A stretch of 64,000 nt of DNA from Auanema rhodensis. Lineage: Eukaryota > Animalia > Nematoda. This document shows, piece after piece, positions 12,988-28,800 of this stretch. Where the stretch lies: NCBI GenBank assembly GCA_964057225.1, contig OZ059896.1:21204001-21268000 (forward strand), given 5' to 3'. Under the pieces are notes generated by a model. It ran no database searches. It had not been told where the DNA came from and worked only from the letters and a program-made list of their open reading frames with translations. The stretch's first letter is position 1. Every line of letters begins with the position of its first letter. Both the position numbers and the translations under genes were made by a program.

Positions 12988-15900
12988 CGAATGCACTATA
13001 CTACATTGAGAAACGCTCAATACAAAAATTAGTTATGATTGTTTGAAAAATGATGCATTAGTGTATGTTGAGTTTCCATGTACACTCAACATTGCTTCCA
13101 AAAACATTTTGACAAAATTTTTTTCGAAAAATTTCAAAATAATTTAGCAAAAAGTAGATGTTTTTAGATTCCTTTTTTCAAGGCAAAGACGATGGACAAT
13201 GTTATTCAACGAAAAAATTAATTCTTCAGGGTGAAAATCGAGGATATAAGTGTGAACTTATATCAGTTGATATCTCGGTGCATTTTTAAGCTAGCGCAAA
13301 TCTGATAACACAGATCGACGCAGCTTAAAAATCCGCATCGAATGCACTATACTACATTGAGAAACACTTGATACAAAAATTAGTTATGATCGTTTGAAAA
13401 ATGATGCATTAGTGTATGTTGAGTTTCCATGTACACTCAACATTGCTTCCAAAAACATTTTGACAAAAATTTTTTCGAAAAATTTCAAAATAATTTAGCA
13501 AAAAGTAGATGTTTTTAGATTCCATTTCTCAAGGCAAAGACGATGGACAATGTTATTCAACGAAAAAATTAATTCTTCAGGGTGAAAATCGAGGATATAA
13601 GTGTGAACTTATATCAGTTGATATCTCGGTGCATTTTTAAGCTAGCGCAAATCTGATAACACAGATCGACGCAGCTTAAAAATCCGGATCGAATGCACTG
13701 TACTACATTGAGAAACGCTTGATACAAAAATTAGTTATGATCGTTTGAAAAATGATGCATTAGTGTATGTTGAGTTTCCATGTACACTCAACATTGCTTC
13801 CAAAAACATTTTGACAAAAATTTTTTCGAAAAATTTCAAAATAATTTAGCAAAAAGTAGATGTTTTTAGATTCCTTTTTTCAAGGCAAAGACGATAGACA
13901 ATGTTATTCAACGAAAAAATTGATTCTTCAGGGTGAAAATCGAGGATATAAGTGTGAACTTATATCAGTTGATATCTCGGAGCATTTTTAAGCTAGCGCA
14001 AATCTGATAACACAGATTGACGCAGCTTAAAAATCCGGATCGAATGCACTGTACTACATTGAGAAACGCTTGATACAAAAATTAGTTATGATCGTTTGAA
14101 AAATGATGCATTAGTGTATGTTGAGTTTCCATGTACACTCAACATTGCTTCCAAAAACATTTTGACAAAAATTTTTTCGAAAAATTTCAAAATAATTTAG
14201 CAAAAAGTAGATGTTTTTAGATTCCTTTTTTCAAGGCAAAGACGATAGACAATGTTATTCAACGAAAAAATTGATTCTTCAGGGTGAAAATCGAGGATAT
14301 AAGTGTGAACTTATATCAGTTGATATCTCGGAGCATTTTTAAGCTAGCGCAAATCTGATAACACAGATTGACGCAGCTTAAAAATCCGCATCGAATGCAC
14401 TATACTACATTGAGAAACGCTTGATACAAAAATTAGTTATGATCGTTTGAAAAATGATGCATTAGTGTATGTTGAGTTTCCATGTACACTCAACATTGCT
14501 TCCAAAAACATTTTGACAAAAATTTTTTCGAAAAATTTCAAAATAATTTAGCGAAAAGTAGATGTTTTTAGATTCCATTTCTCAAGGCAAAGACGATGGA
14601 CAATGTTATTCAACGAAAAAATTAATTCTTCAGGGTGAAAATCGAGGATATAAGTGTGAAGTTATATCAGTTGATATCTCGGTGCATTTTTAAGCTAGCG
14701 CAAATCTGATAACACAGATCGACGCAGCTTAAAAATCCGCATCGAATGCACTATACTACATTGAGAAACGCTCAATACAAAAATTAGTTATGATTGTTTG
14801 AAAAATGATGCATTAGTGTATGTTGAGTTTCCATGTACACTCAACATTGCTTCCAAAAACATTTTGACAAAATTTTTTTCGAAAAATTTCAAAATAATTT
14901 AGCAAAAAGTAGATGTTTTTAGATTCCTTTTTTCAAGGCAAAGACGATGGACAATGTTATTCAACGAAAAAATTAATTCTTCAGGGTGAAAATCGAGGAT
15001 ATAAGTGTGAACTTATATCAGTTGATATCTCGGTGCATTTTTAAGCTAGCGCAAATCTGATAACACAGATCGACGCAGCTTAAAAATCCGCATCGAATGC
15101 ACTATACTACATTGAGAAACACTTGATACAAAAATTAGTTATGATCGTTTGAAAAATGATGCATTAGTGTATGTTGAGTTTCCATGTACACTCAACATTG
15201 CTTCCAAAAACATTTTGACAAAAATTTTTTCGAAAAATTTCAAAATAATTTAGCAAAAAGTAGATGTTTTTAGATTCCATTTCTCAAGGCAAAGACGATG
15301 GACAATGTTATTCAACGAAAAAATTAATTCTTCAGGGTGAAAATCGAGGATATAAGTGTGAACTTATATCAGTTGATATCTCGGTGCATTTTTAAGCTAG
15401 CGCAAATCTGATAACACAGATCGACGCAGCTTAAAAATCCGGATCGAATGCACTGTACTACATTGAGAAACGCTTGATACAAAAATTAGTTATGATCGTT
15501 TGAAAAATGATGCATTAGTGTATGTTGAGTTTCCATGTACACTCAACATTGCTTCCAAAAACATTTTGACAAAAATTTTTTCGAAAAATTTCAAAATAAT
15601 TTAGCAAAAAGTAGATGTTTTTAGATTCCTTTTTTCAAGGCAAAGACGATAGACAATGTTATTCAACGAAAAAATTGATTCTTCAGGGTGAAAATCGAGG
15701 ATATAAGTGTGAACTTATATCAGTTGATATCTCGGAGCATTTTTAAGCTAGCGCAAATCTGATAACACAGATTGACGCAGCTTAAAAATCCGCATCGAAT
15801 GCACTATACTACATTGAGAAACGCTTGATACAAAAATTAGTTATGATCGTTTGAAAAATGATGCATTAGTGTATGTTGAGTTTCCATGTACACTCAATAT

Positions 15901-16146
15901 TGCTTCCAAAAACATTTTGACAAAAATTTTTTCGAAAAATTTCAAAATAATTTAGCAAAAAGTAGATGTTTTTAGATTCCATTTTTCAAGGCAAAGACGA
16001 TGGACAATGTTATTCAACGAAAAAATTAATTCTTCAGGATGAAAATCGAGGATATAAGTGTGAACTTATATCAGTTGATATCTCGGTGCATTTTTAAGCT
16101 AGCGCAAATCTGATAACACAGATCGACGCAGCTTAAAAATCCGCAT

Positions 16147-17901
16147 CGAATGCACTATACTACATTGAGAAACGCTTAATACAAAAATTAGTTATGATCG
16201 TTTGAAAAATGATGCATTAGTGTATGTTGAGTTTCCATGTACAATCAACATTGCTTCCAAAAACATTTTGACAAAAATTTTTTCGAAAAATTTCAGAATA
16301 ATTTAGCAAAAAGTAGATGTTTTTAGATTCCATTTTTCAAGGCAAAGACGATGGACAATGTTATTCAACGAAAAAATTAATTCTTCAGGGTGAAAATCGA
16401 GGATATAAGTGTGAACTTATATCAGTTGATATCTCGGTGCATTTTTAAGCTAGCGCAAATCTGATAACACAGATCGACGCAGCTTAAAAATCCGCATCGA
16501 ATGCACTATACTACATTGAGAAACGCTCAATACAAAAATTAGTTATGATTGTTTGAAAAATGATGCATTAGTGTATGTTGAGTTTCCATGTACACTCAAC
16601 ATTGCTTCCAAAAACATTTTGACAAAAATTTTTTCGAAAAATTTCAAATTAATTTAGCAAAAAGTAGATGTTTTTAGATTCCATTTTTCAAGGCAAAGAC
16701 GATGGACAATGTTATTCAACGAAAAAATTAATTCTTCAGGATGAAAATCGAGGATATAAGTGTGAACTTATATCAGTTGATATCTCGGTGCATTTTTAAG
16801 CTAGCGCAAATCTGATAACACAGATCGACGCAGCTTAAAAATCCGCATCGAATGCACTATACTACATTGAGAAACGCTTAATACAAAAATTAGTTATGAT
16901 CGTTTGAAAAATGATGCATTAGTGTATGTTGAGTTTCCATGTACAATCAACATTGCTTCCAAAAACATTTTGACAAAAATTTTTTCGAAAAATTTCAGAA
17001 TAATTTAGCAAAAAGTAGATGTTTTTAGATTCCATTTTTCAAGGCAAAGACGATGGACAATGTTATTCAACGAAAAAATTAATTCTTCAGGGTGAAAATC
17101 GAGGATATAAGTGTGAACTTATATCAGTTGATATCTCGGTGCATTTTTAAGCTAGCGCAAATCTGATAACACAGATCGACGCAGCTTAAAAATCCGCATC
17201 GAATGCACTATACTACATTGAGAAACGCTCAATACAAAAATTAGTTATGATTGTTTGAAAAATGATGCATTAGTGTATGTTGAGTTTCCATGTACACTCA
17301 ACATTGCTTCCAAAAACATTTTGACAAAAATTTTTTCGAAAAATTTCAAAATAATTTAGCAAAAAGTAGATGTTTTTAGATTCCATTTTTCAAGGCAAAG
17401 ACGATGGACAATGTTATTCAACGAAAAAATTAATTCTTCAGGATGAAAATCGAGGATATAAGTGTGAACTTATATCAGTTGATATCTCGGTGCATTTTTA
17501 AGCTAGCGCAAATCTGATAACACAGATCGACGCAGCTTAAAAATCCGCATCGAATGCACTATACTACATTGAGAAACGCTTAATACAAAAATTAGTTATG
17601 ATCGTTTGAAAAATGATGCATTAGTGTATGTTGAGTTTCCATGTACAATCAACATTGCTTCCAAAAACATTTTGACAAAAATTTTTTCGAAAAATTTCAG
17701 AATAATTTAGCAAAAAGTAGATGTTTTTAGATTCCATTTTTCAAGGCAAAGACGATGGACAATGTTATTCAACGAAAAAATTAATTCTTCAGGGTGAAAA
17801 TCGAGGATATAAGTGTGAACTTATATCAGTTGATATCTCGGTGCATTTTTAAGCTAGCGCAAATCTGATAAAACAGATCGACGCAGCTTAAAAATCCGCA
17901 T
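16147..17901. repeat. 2-monomer (702-bp) higher-order repeat, about 2.5-3 copies
   Basis: Private variant TACAATCAA at 16244, 16946 and 17648, each time linked to TTCAGAAT. Confidence 0.88.
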
Positions 17902-18252
17902 CGAATGCACTATACTACATTGAGAAACGCTCAATACAAAAATTAGTTATGATTGTTTGAAAAATGATGCATTAGTGTATGTTGAGTTTCCATGTACACT
18001 CAACATTGCTTCCAAAAACATTTTGACAAAAATTTTTTCGAAAAATTTCAAAATAATTTAGCAAAAAGTAGATGTTTTTAGATTCCTTTTTTCAAGGCAA
18101 AGACGATGGACAATGTTATTCAACGAAAAAATTAATTCTTCAGGGTGAAAATCGAGGATATAAGTGTGAACTTATATCAGTTGATATCTCGGTGCATTTT
18201 TAAGCTAGCGCAAATCTGATAACACAGATCGACGCAGCTTAAAAATCCGCAT

Positions 18253-21200
18253 CGAATGCACTATACTACATTGAGAAACACTTAATACAAAAATTAGTTA
18301 TGATCGTTTGAAAAATGATGCATTAGTGTATGTTGAGTTTCCATGTACACTCAACATTGCTTCCAAAAACATTTTGACAAAAATTTTTTCGAAAAATTTC
18401 AAAATAATTTAGCAAAAAGTAGATGTTTTTAGATTCCATTTCTCAAGGCAAAGACGATGGACAATGTTATTCAACGAAAAAATTAATTCTTCAGGGTGAA
18501 AATCGAGGATATAAGTGTGAACTTATATCAGTTGATATCTCGGTGCAATTTTAAGCTAGCGCAAATCTGATAACACAGATCGACGCAGCTCAAAAATCCG
18601 CATCGAATGCACTATACTACAGTGAGAAACGCTTGATACAAAAATTAGTTATGATCGTTTGAAAAATGATGCATTAGTGTATGTTGAGTTTCCATGTACA
18701 CTCAACATTGCTTCCAAAAACATTTTGACAAAAATTTTTTCGAAAAATTTCAAAATAATTTAGCAAAAAGTAGATGTTTTTAGATTCCATTTTTCAAGGC
18801 AAAGACGATGGACAATGTTATTCAACGAAAAAATTAATTCTTCAGGGTGAAAATCGAGGATATAAGTGTGAACTTATATCAGTTGATATCTCGGAGCATT
18901 TTTAAGCTAGCGCAAATCTGATAACACAGATCGACGCAGCTTAAAAATCCGCATCGAATGCACTATACTACATTGAGAAACGCTTGATACAAAAATTAGT
19001 TATGATCGTTTGAAAAATGATGCATTAGTGTATGTTGAGTTTCCATGTACACTCAACATTGCTTCCAAAAACATTTTGACAAAAATTTTTTCGAAAAATT
19101 TCAAAATAATTTAGCAAAAAGTAGATGTTTTTAGATTCCTTTTTTCAAGGCAAAGACGATAGACAATGTTATTCAACGAAAAAATTAATTCTTCAGGGTG
19201 AAAATCGAGGATATAAGTGTGAACTTATATCAGTTGATATCTCGGAGCATTTTTAAGCTAGCGCAAATCTGATAACACAGATTGACGCAGCTTAAAAATC
19301 CGCATCGAATGCACTATACTACATTGAGAAACGCTTGATACAAAAATTAGTTATGATCGTTTGAAAAATGATGCATTAGTGTATGTTGAGTTTCCATGTA
19401 CACTCAATATTGCTTCCAAAAACATTTTGACAAAAATTTTTTCGAAAAATTTCAAGATAATTTAGCAAAAAGTAGATGTTTTTAGATTCCATTTTTCAAG
19501 GCAAAGACGATGGACAATGTTATTCAACGAAAAAATTAATTCTTCAGGGTGAAAATCGAGGATATAAGTGTGAACTTATATCAGTTGATATCTCGGTGCA
19601 TTTTTAAGCTAGCGCAAATCTGATAACACAGATCGACGCAGCTTAAAAATCCGGATCGAATGCACTATACTACATTGAGAAACGCTCAATACAAAAATTA
19701 GTTATGATCGTTTGAAAAATGATGCATTAGTGTATGTTGAGTTTCCATGTACACTCAACATTGCTTCCAAAAACATTTTGACAAAAATTTTTTCGAAAAA
19801 TTTCAAAATAATTTAGCAAAAAGTAGATGTTTTTAGATTCCGTTTTTCAAGGCAAAGACGATGGACAATGTTATTCAACGAAAAAATTAATTCTTCAGGG
19901 TGAAAATCGAGGATATAAGTGTGAACTTATATCAGTTGATATCTCGGTGCATTTTTAAGCTAGCGCAAATCTGATAACACAGATCGACGCAGCTTAAAAA
20001 TCCGGATCGAATGCACTATACTACATTGAGAAACGCTCAATACAAAAATTAGTTATGATCGTTTGAAAAATGATGCATTAGTGTATGTTGAGTTTCCATG
20101 TACACTCAACATTGCTTCCAAAAACATTTTGACAAAAATTTTTTCGAAAAATTTCAAAATAATTTAGCAAAAAGTAGATGTTTTTAGATTCCGTTTTTCA
20201 AGGCAAAGACGATGGACAATGTTATTCAACGAAAAAATTAATTCTTCAGGGTGAAAATCGAGGATATAAGTGTGAACTTATATCAGTTGATATCTCGGTG
20301 CATTTTTAAGCTAGCGCAAATCTGATAACACAGATCGACGCAGCTTAAAAATCCGCATCGAATGCACTATACTACATTGAGAAACGCTTAATACAAAATT
20401 TAGTTATGATCGTTTGAAAAATGATGCATTAGTGTATGTTGAGTTTCCATGTACACTCAACATTGCTTCCAAAAACATTTTGACAAAAATTTTTTCGAAA
20501 AATTTCAAAATAATTTAGCAAAAAGTAGATGTTTTTAGATTCCTTTTTTCAAGGCAAAGACGATAGACAATGTTATTCAACGAAAAAATTAATTCTTCAG
20601 GGTGAAAATCGAGGATATAAGTGTGAACTTATATCAGTTGATATCTCGGAGCATTTTTAAGCTAGCGCAAATCTGATAACACAGATTGACGCAGCTTAAA
20701 AATCCGCATCGAATGCACTATACTACATTGAGAAACGCTTGATACAAAAATTAGTTATGATCGTTTGAAAAATGATGCATTAGTGTATGTTGAGTTTCCA
20801 TGTACACTCAATATTGCTTCCAAAAACATTTTGACAAAAATTTTTTCGAAAAATTTCAAAATAATTTAGCAAAAAGTAGATGTTTTTAGATTCCATTTTT
20901 CAAGGCAAAGACGATGGACAATGTTATTCAACGAAAAAATTAATTCTTCAGGGTGAAAATCGAGGATATAAGTGTGAACTTATATCAGTTGATATCTCGG
21001 TGCATTTTTAAGCTAGCGCAAATCTGATAACACAGATCGACGCAGCTTAAAAATCCGGATCGAATGCACTATACTACATTGAGAAACGCTCAATACAAAA
21101 ATTAGTTATGATCGTTTGAAAAATGATGCATTAGTGTATGTTGAGTTTCCATGTACACTCAACATTGCTTCCAAAAACATTTTGACAAAAATTTTTTCGA

Positions 21201-24200
21201 AAAATTTCAAAATAATTTAGCAAAAAGTAGATGTTTTTAGATTCCGTTTTTCAAGGCAAAGACGATGGACAATGTTATTCAACGAAAAAATTAATTCTTC
21301 AGGGTGAAAATCGAGGATATAAGTGTGAACTTATATCAGTTGATATCTCGGTGCATTTTTAAGCTAGCGCAAATCTGATAACACAGATCGACGCAGCTTA
21401 AAAATCCGCATCGAATGCACTATACTACATTGAGAAACGTTTGATACAAAAATTAGTTATGATCGTTTGAAAAATGATGCATTAGTGTATGTTGAGTTTC
21501 CATGTACACTCAACATTGCTTCCAAAAACATTTTGACAAAAATTTTTTCGAAAAATTTCAAAATAATTTAGCAAAAAGTAGATGTTTTTAGATTCCTTTT
21601 TTCAAGGCAAAGACGATAGACAATGTTATTCAACGAAAAAATTAATTCTTCAGGGTGAAAATCGAGGATATAAGTGTGAACTTATATCAGTTGATATCTC
21701 GGAGCATTTTTAAGCTAGCGCAAATCTGATAACACAGATTGACGCAGCTTAAAAATCCGCATCGAATGCACTATACTACATTGAGAAACGCTTGATACAA
21801 CAATTAGTTATGATCGTTTGAAAAATGATGCATTAGTGTATGTTGAGTTTCCATGTACACTCAATATTGCTTCCAAAAACATTTTGACAAAAATTTTTTC
21901 GAAAAATTTCAAAATAATTTAGCAAAAAGTAGATGTTTTTAGATTCCATTTTTCAAGGCAAAGACGATGGACAATGTTATTCAACGAAAAAATTAATTCT
22001 TCAGGGTGAAAATCGAGGATATAAGTGTGAACTTATATCAGTTGATATCTCGGTGCATTTTTAAGCTAGCGCAAATCTGATAACACAGATCGACGCAGCT
22101 TAAAAATCCGCATCGAATGCACTATACTACATTGAGAAACGCTCAATACAAAAATTAGTTATGATTGTTTGAAAAATGATGCATTAGTGTATGTTGAGTT
22201 TCCATGTACACTCAACATTGCTTCCAAAAACATTTTGACAAAAATTTTTTCGAAAAATTTCAAAATAATTTAGCAAAAAGTAGATGTTTTTAGATTCCAT
22301 TTTTCAAGGCAAAGACGATGGACAATGTTATTCAACGAAAAAATTAATTCTTCAGGATGAAAATCGAGGATATAAGTGTGAACTTATATCAGTTGATATC
22401 TCGGTGCATTTTTAAGCTAGCGCAAATCTGATAACACAGATCGACGCAGCTTAAAAATCCGCATCGAATGCACTATACTACATTGAGAAACACTTAATAC
22501 AAAAATTAGTTATGATCGTTTGAAAAATGATGCATTAGTGTATGTTGAGTTTCCATGTACACTCAACATTGCTTCCAAAAACATTTTGACAAAAATTTTT
22601 TCGAAAAATTTCAAAATAATTTAGCAAAAAGTAGATGTTTTTAGATTCCATTTCTCAAGGCAAAGACGATGGACAATGTTATTCAACGAAAAAATTAATT
22701 CTTCAGGGTGAAAATCGAGGATATAAGTGTGAACTTATATCAGTTGATATCTCGGTGCAATTTTAAGCTAGCGCAAATCTGATAACACAGATCGACGCAG
22801 CTCAAAAATCCGCATCGAATGCACTATACTACAGTGAGAAACGCTTGATACAAAAATTAGTTATGATCGTTTGAAAAATGATGCATTAGTGTATGTTGAG
22901 TTTCCATGTACACTCAACATTGCTTCCAAAAACATTTTGACAAAAATTTTTTCGAAAAATTTCAAAATAATTTAGCAAAAAGTAGATGTTTTTAGATTCC
23001 ATTTTTCAAGGCAAAGACGATGGACAATGTTATTCAACGAAAAAATTAATTCTTCAGGGTGAAAATCGAGGATATAAGTGTGAACTTATATCAGTTGATA
23101 TCTCGGAGCATTTTTAAGCTAGCGCAAATCTGATAACACAGATCGACGCAGCTTAAAAATCCGCATCGAATGCACTATACTACATTGAGAAACGCTTGAT
23201 ACAAAAATTAGTTATGATCGTTTGAAAAATGATGCATTAGTGTATGTTGAGTTTCCATGTACACTCAACATTGCTTCCAAAAACATTTTGACAAAAATTT
23301 TTTCGAAAAATTTCAAAATAATTTAGCAAAAAGTAGATGTTTTTAGATTCCTTTTTTCAAGGCAAAGACGATAGACAATGTTATTCAACGAAAAAATTAA
23401 TTCTTCAGGGTGAAAATCGAGGATATAAGTGTGAACTTATATCAGTTGATATCTCGGAGCATTTTTAAGCTAGCGCAAATCTGATAACACAGATTGACGC
23501 AGCTTAAAAATCCGCATCGAATGCACTATACTACATTGAGAAACGCTTGATACAAAAATTAGTTATGATCGTTTGAAAAATGATGCATTAGTGTATGTTG
23601 AGTTTCCATGTACACTCAATATTGCTTCCAAAAACATTTTGACAAAAATTTTTTCGAAAAATTTCAAAATAATTTAGCAAAAAGTAGATGTTTTTAGATT
23701 CCATTTTTCAAGGCAAAGACGATGGACAATGTTATTCAACGAAAAAATTAATTCTTCAGGGTGAAAATCGAGGATATAAGTGTGAACTTATATCAGTTGA
23801 TATCTCGGTGCATTTTTAAGCTAGCGCAAATCTGATAACACAGATCGACGCAGCTTAAAAATCCGGATCGAATGCACTATACTACATTGAGAAACGCTCA
23901 ATACAAAAATTAGTTATGATCGTTTGAAAAATGATGCATTAGTGTATGTTGAGTTTCCATGTACACTCAACATTGCTTCCAAAAACATTTTGACAAAAAT
24001 TTTTTCGAAAAATTTCAAAATAATTTAGCAAAAAGTAGATGTTTTTAGATTCCGTTTTTCAAGGCAAAGACGATGGACAATGTTATTCAACGAAAAAATT
24101 AATTCTTCAGGGTGAAAATCGAGGATATAAGTGTGAACTTATATCAGTTGATATCTCGGTGCATTTTTAAGCTAGCGCAAATCTGATAACACAGATCGAC

Positions 24201-25860
24201 GCAGCTTAAAAATCCGCATCGAATGCACTATACTACATTGAGAAACGCTTAATACAAAATTTAGTTATGATCGTTTGAAAAATGATGCATTAGTGTATGT
24301 TGAGTTTCCATGTACACTCAACATTGCTTCCAAAAACATTTTGACAAAAATTTTTTCGAAAAATTTCAAAATAATTTAGCAAAAAGTAGATGTTTTTAGA
24401 TTCCTTTTTTCAAGGCAAAGACGATAGACAATGTTATTCAACGAAAAAATTAATTCTTCAGGGTGAAAATCGAGGATATAAGTGTGAACTTATATCAGTT
24501 GATATCTCGGAGCATTTTTAAGCTAGCGCAAATCTGATAACACAGATTGACGCAGCTTAAAAATCCGCATCGAATGCACTATACTACATTGAGAAACGCT
24601 TGATACAAAAATTAGTTATGATCGTTTGAAAAATGATGCATTAGTGTATGTTGAGTTTCCATGTACACTCAATATTGCTTCCAAAAACATTTTGACAAAA
24701 ATTTTTTCGAAAAATTTCAAAATAATTTAGCAAAAAGTAGATGTTTTTAGATTCCATTTTTCAAGGCAAAGACGATGGACAATGTTATTCAACGAAAAAA
24801 TTAATTCTTCAGGGTGAAAATCGAGGATATAAGTGTGAACTTATATCAGTTGATATCTCGGTGCATTTTTAAGCTAGCGCAAATCTGATAACACAGATCG
24901 ACGCAGCTTAAAAATCCGGATCGAATGCACTATACTACATTGAGAAACGCTCAATACAAAAATTAGTTATGATCGTTTGAAAAATGATGCATTAGTGTAT
25001 GTTGAGTTTCCATGTACACTCAACATTGCTTCCAAAAACATTTTGACAAAAATTTTTTCGAAAAATTTCAAAATAATTTAGCAAAAAGTAGATGTTTTTA
25101 GATTCCGTTTTTCAAGGCAAAGACGATGGACAATGTTATTCAACGAAAAAATTAATTCTTCAGGGTGAAAATCGAGGATATAAGTGTGAACTTATATCAG
25201 TTGATATCTCGGTGCATTTTTAAGCTAGCGCAAATCTGATAACACAGATCGACGCAGCTTAAAAATCCGCATCGAATGCACTATACTACATTGAGAAACG
25301 CTTGATACAAAAATTAGTTATGATCGTTTGAAAAATGATGCATTAGTGTATGTTGAGTTTCCATGTACACTCAACATTGCTTCCAAAAACATTTTGACAA
25401 AAATTTTTTCGAAAAATTTCAAAATAATTTAGCAAAAAGTAGATGTTTTTAGATTCCTTTTTTCAAGGCAAAGACGATAGACAATGTTATTCAACGAAAA
25501 AATTAATTCTTCAGGGTGAAAATCGAGGATATAAGTGTGAACTTATATCAGTTGATATCTCGGAGCATTTTTAAGCTAGCGCAATTCTGATAACACAGAT
25601 TGACGCAGCTTAAAAATCCGCATCGAATGCACTATACTACATTGAGAAACGCTTGATACAACAATTAGTTATGATCGTTTGAAAAATGATGCATTAGTGT
25701 ATGTTGAGTTTCCATGTACACTCAATATTGCTTCCAAAAACATTTTGACAAAAATTTTTTCGAAAAATTTCAAAATAATTTAGCAAAAAGTAGATGTTTT
25801 TAGATTCCATTTTTCAAGGCAAAGACGATGGACAATGTTATTCAACGAAAAAATTAATTC
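18253..25860. repeat. 11-12-monomer duplication in which one copy carries an extra monomer
   Basis: The GCAATTTT/GCTCAAAA/ACAGTG haplotype occurs at 18548 and 22760 (4212 apart), followed by the same order of monomer types. The first copy has an extra CTCAAT+CCGTTT monomer (19657 and 20008 versus only 23869). Confidence 0.75.
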
Positions 25861-28800
25861 TTCAGGATGAAAATCGAGGATATACGTGTGAACTTATATC
25901 AGTTGATATCTCGGTGCATTTTTAAGCTAGCGCAAATCTGATAACACAGATCGACGCAGCTTAAAAATCCGCATCGAATGCACTATACTACATTGAGAAA
26001 CGCTTAATACAAAATTTAGTTATGATCGTTTGAAAAATGATGCATTAGTGTATGTTGAGTTTCCATGTACACTCAATATTGCTTCCAAAAACATTTTGAC
26101 AAAAATTTTTTCGAAAAATTTCAAAATAATTTAGCAAAAAGTAGATGTTTTTAGATTCCTTTTTTCAAGGCAAAGACGATAGACAATGTTATTCAACGAA
26201 AAAATTAATTCTTCAGGGTGAAAATCGAGGATATAAGTGTGAACTTATATCAGTTGATATCTCGGAGCATTTTTAAGCTAGCGCAAATCTGATAACACAG
26301 ATTGACGCAGCTTAAAAATCCGCATCGAATGCACTATACTACATTGAGAAACGCTTGATACAACAATTAGTTATGATCGTTTGAAAAATGATGCATTAGT
26401 GTATGTTGAGTTTCCATGTACACTCAATATTGCTTCCAAAAACATTTTGACAAAAATTTTTTCGAAAAATTTCAAAATAATTTAGCAAAAAGTAGATGTT
26501 TTTAGATTCCATTTTTCAAGGCAAAGACGATGGACAATGTTATTCAACGAAAAAATTAATTCTTCAGGGTGAAAATCGAGGATATAAGTGTGAACTTATA
26601 TCAGTTGATATCTCGGTGCATTTTTAAGCTAGCGCAAATCTGATAACACAGATCGACGCAGCTTAAAAATCCGCATCGAATGCACTATACTACATTGAGA
26701 AACGCTTGATACAACAATTAGTTATGATCGTTTGAAAAATGATGCATTAGTGTATGTTGAGTTTCCATGTACACTCAATATTGCTTCCAAAAACATTTTG
26801 ACAAAAATTTTTTCGAAAAATTTCAAAATAATTTAGCAAAAAGTAGATGTTTTTAGATTCCATTTTTCAAGGCGAAGACGATGGACAATGTTATTCAACG
26901 AAAAAATTAATTCTTCAGGGTGAAAATCGAGGATATAAGTGTGAACTTATATCAGTTGATATCTCGGTGCATTTTTAAGCTAGCGCAAATCTGATAACAC
27001 AGATCGACGCAGCTTAAAAATCCGCATCGAATGCACTATACTACATTGAGAAACGCTTGATACAACAATTAGTTATGATCGTTTGAAAAATGATGCATTA
27101 GTGTATGTTGAGTTTCCATGTACACTCAATATTGCTTCCAAAAACATTTTGACAAAAATTTTTTCGAAAAATTTCAAAATAATTTAGCAAAAAGTAGATG
27201 TTTTTAGATTCCTTTTTTCAAGGCAAAGACGATAGACAATGTTATTCAACGAAAAAATTAATTCTTCAGGGTGAAAATCGAGGATATAAGTGTGAACTTA
27301 TATCAGTTGATATCTCGGAGCATTTTTAAGCTAGCGCAAATCTGATAACACAGATTGACGCAGCTTAAAAATCCGCATCGAATGCACTATACTACATTGA
27401 GAAACGCTTGATACAACAATTAGTTATGATCGTTTGAAAAATGATGCATTAGTGTATGTTGAGTTTCCATGTACACTCAATATTGCTTCCAAAAACATTT
27501 TGACAAAAATTTTTTCGAAAAATTTCAAAATAATTTAGCAAAAAGTAGATGTTTTTAGATTCCATTTTTCAAGGCAAAGACGATGGACAATGTTATTCAA
27601 CGAAAAAATTAATTCTTCAGGGTGAAAATCGAGGATATAAGTGTGAACTTATATCAGTTGATATCTCGGTGCATTTTTAAGCTAGCGCAAATCTGATAAC
27701 ACAGATCGACGCAGCTTAAAAATCCGCATCGAATGCACTATACTACATTGAGAAACGCTTGATACAACAATTAGTTATGATCGTTTGAAAAATGATGCAT
27801 TAGTGTATGTTGAGTTTCCATGTACACTCAATATTGCTTCCAAAAACATTTTGACAAAAATTTTTTCGAAAAATTTCAAAATAATTTAGCAAAAAGTAGA
27901 TGTTTTTAGATTCTATTTTTCAAGGCAAAGACGATGGACAATGTTATTCAACGAAAAAATTAATTCTTCAGGGTGAAAATCGAGGATATAAGTGTGAACT
28001 TATATCAGTTGATATCTCGGTGCATTTTTAAGCTAGCGCAAATCTGATAACACAGATCGACGCAGCTTAAAAATCCGCATCGAATGCACTATACTACATT
28101 GAGAAACGCTTGATACAAAAATTAGTTATGATCGTTTGAAAAATGATGCATTAGTGTATGTTGAGTTTCCATGTACACTCAACATTGCTTCCAAAAACAT
28201 TTTGACAAAAATTTTTTCGAAAAATTTCAAAATAATTTAGCAAAAAGTAGATGTTTTTAGATTCCTTTTTTCAAGGCAAAGACGATAGACAATGTTATTC
28301 AACGAAAAAATTAATTCTTCAGGGTGAAAATCGAGGATATAAGTGTGAACTTATATCAGTTGATATCTCGGAGCATTTTTAAGCTAGCGCAAATCTGATA
28401 ACACAGATTGACGCAGCTTAAAAATCCGCATCGAATGCACTATACTACATTGAGAAACGCTTGATAAAAAAATTAGTTATGATCGTTTGAAAAATGATGC
28501 ATTAGTGTATGTTGAGTTTCCATGTACACTCAATATTGCTTCCAAAAACATTTTGACAAAAATTTTTTCGAAAAATTTCAAAATAATTTAGCAAAAAGTA
28601 GATGTTTTTAGATTCCATTTTTCAAGGCAAAGACGATGGACAATGTTATTCAACGAAAAAATTAATTCTTCAGGGTGAAAATCGAGGATATAAGTGTGAA
28701 CTTATATCAGTTGATATCTCGGTACATTTTTAAGCTAGCGCAAATCTGATAACACAGATCGACGCAGCTTAAAAATCCGGATCGAATGCACTATACTACA

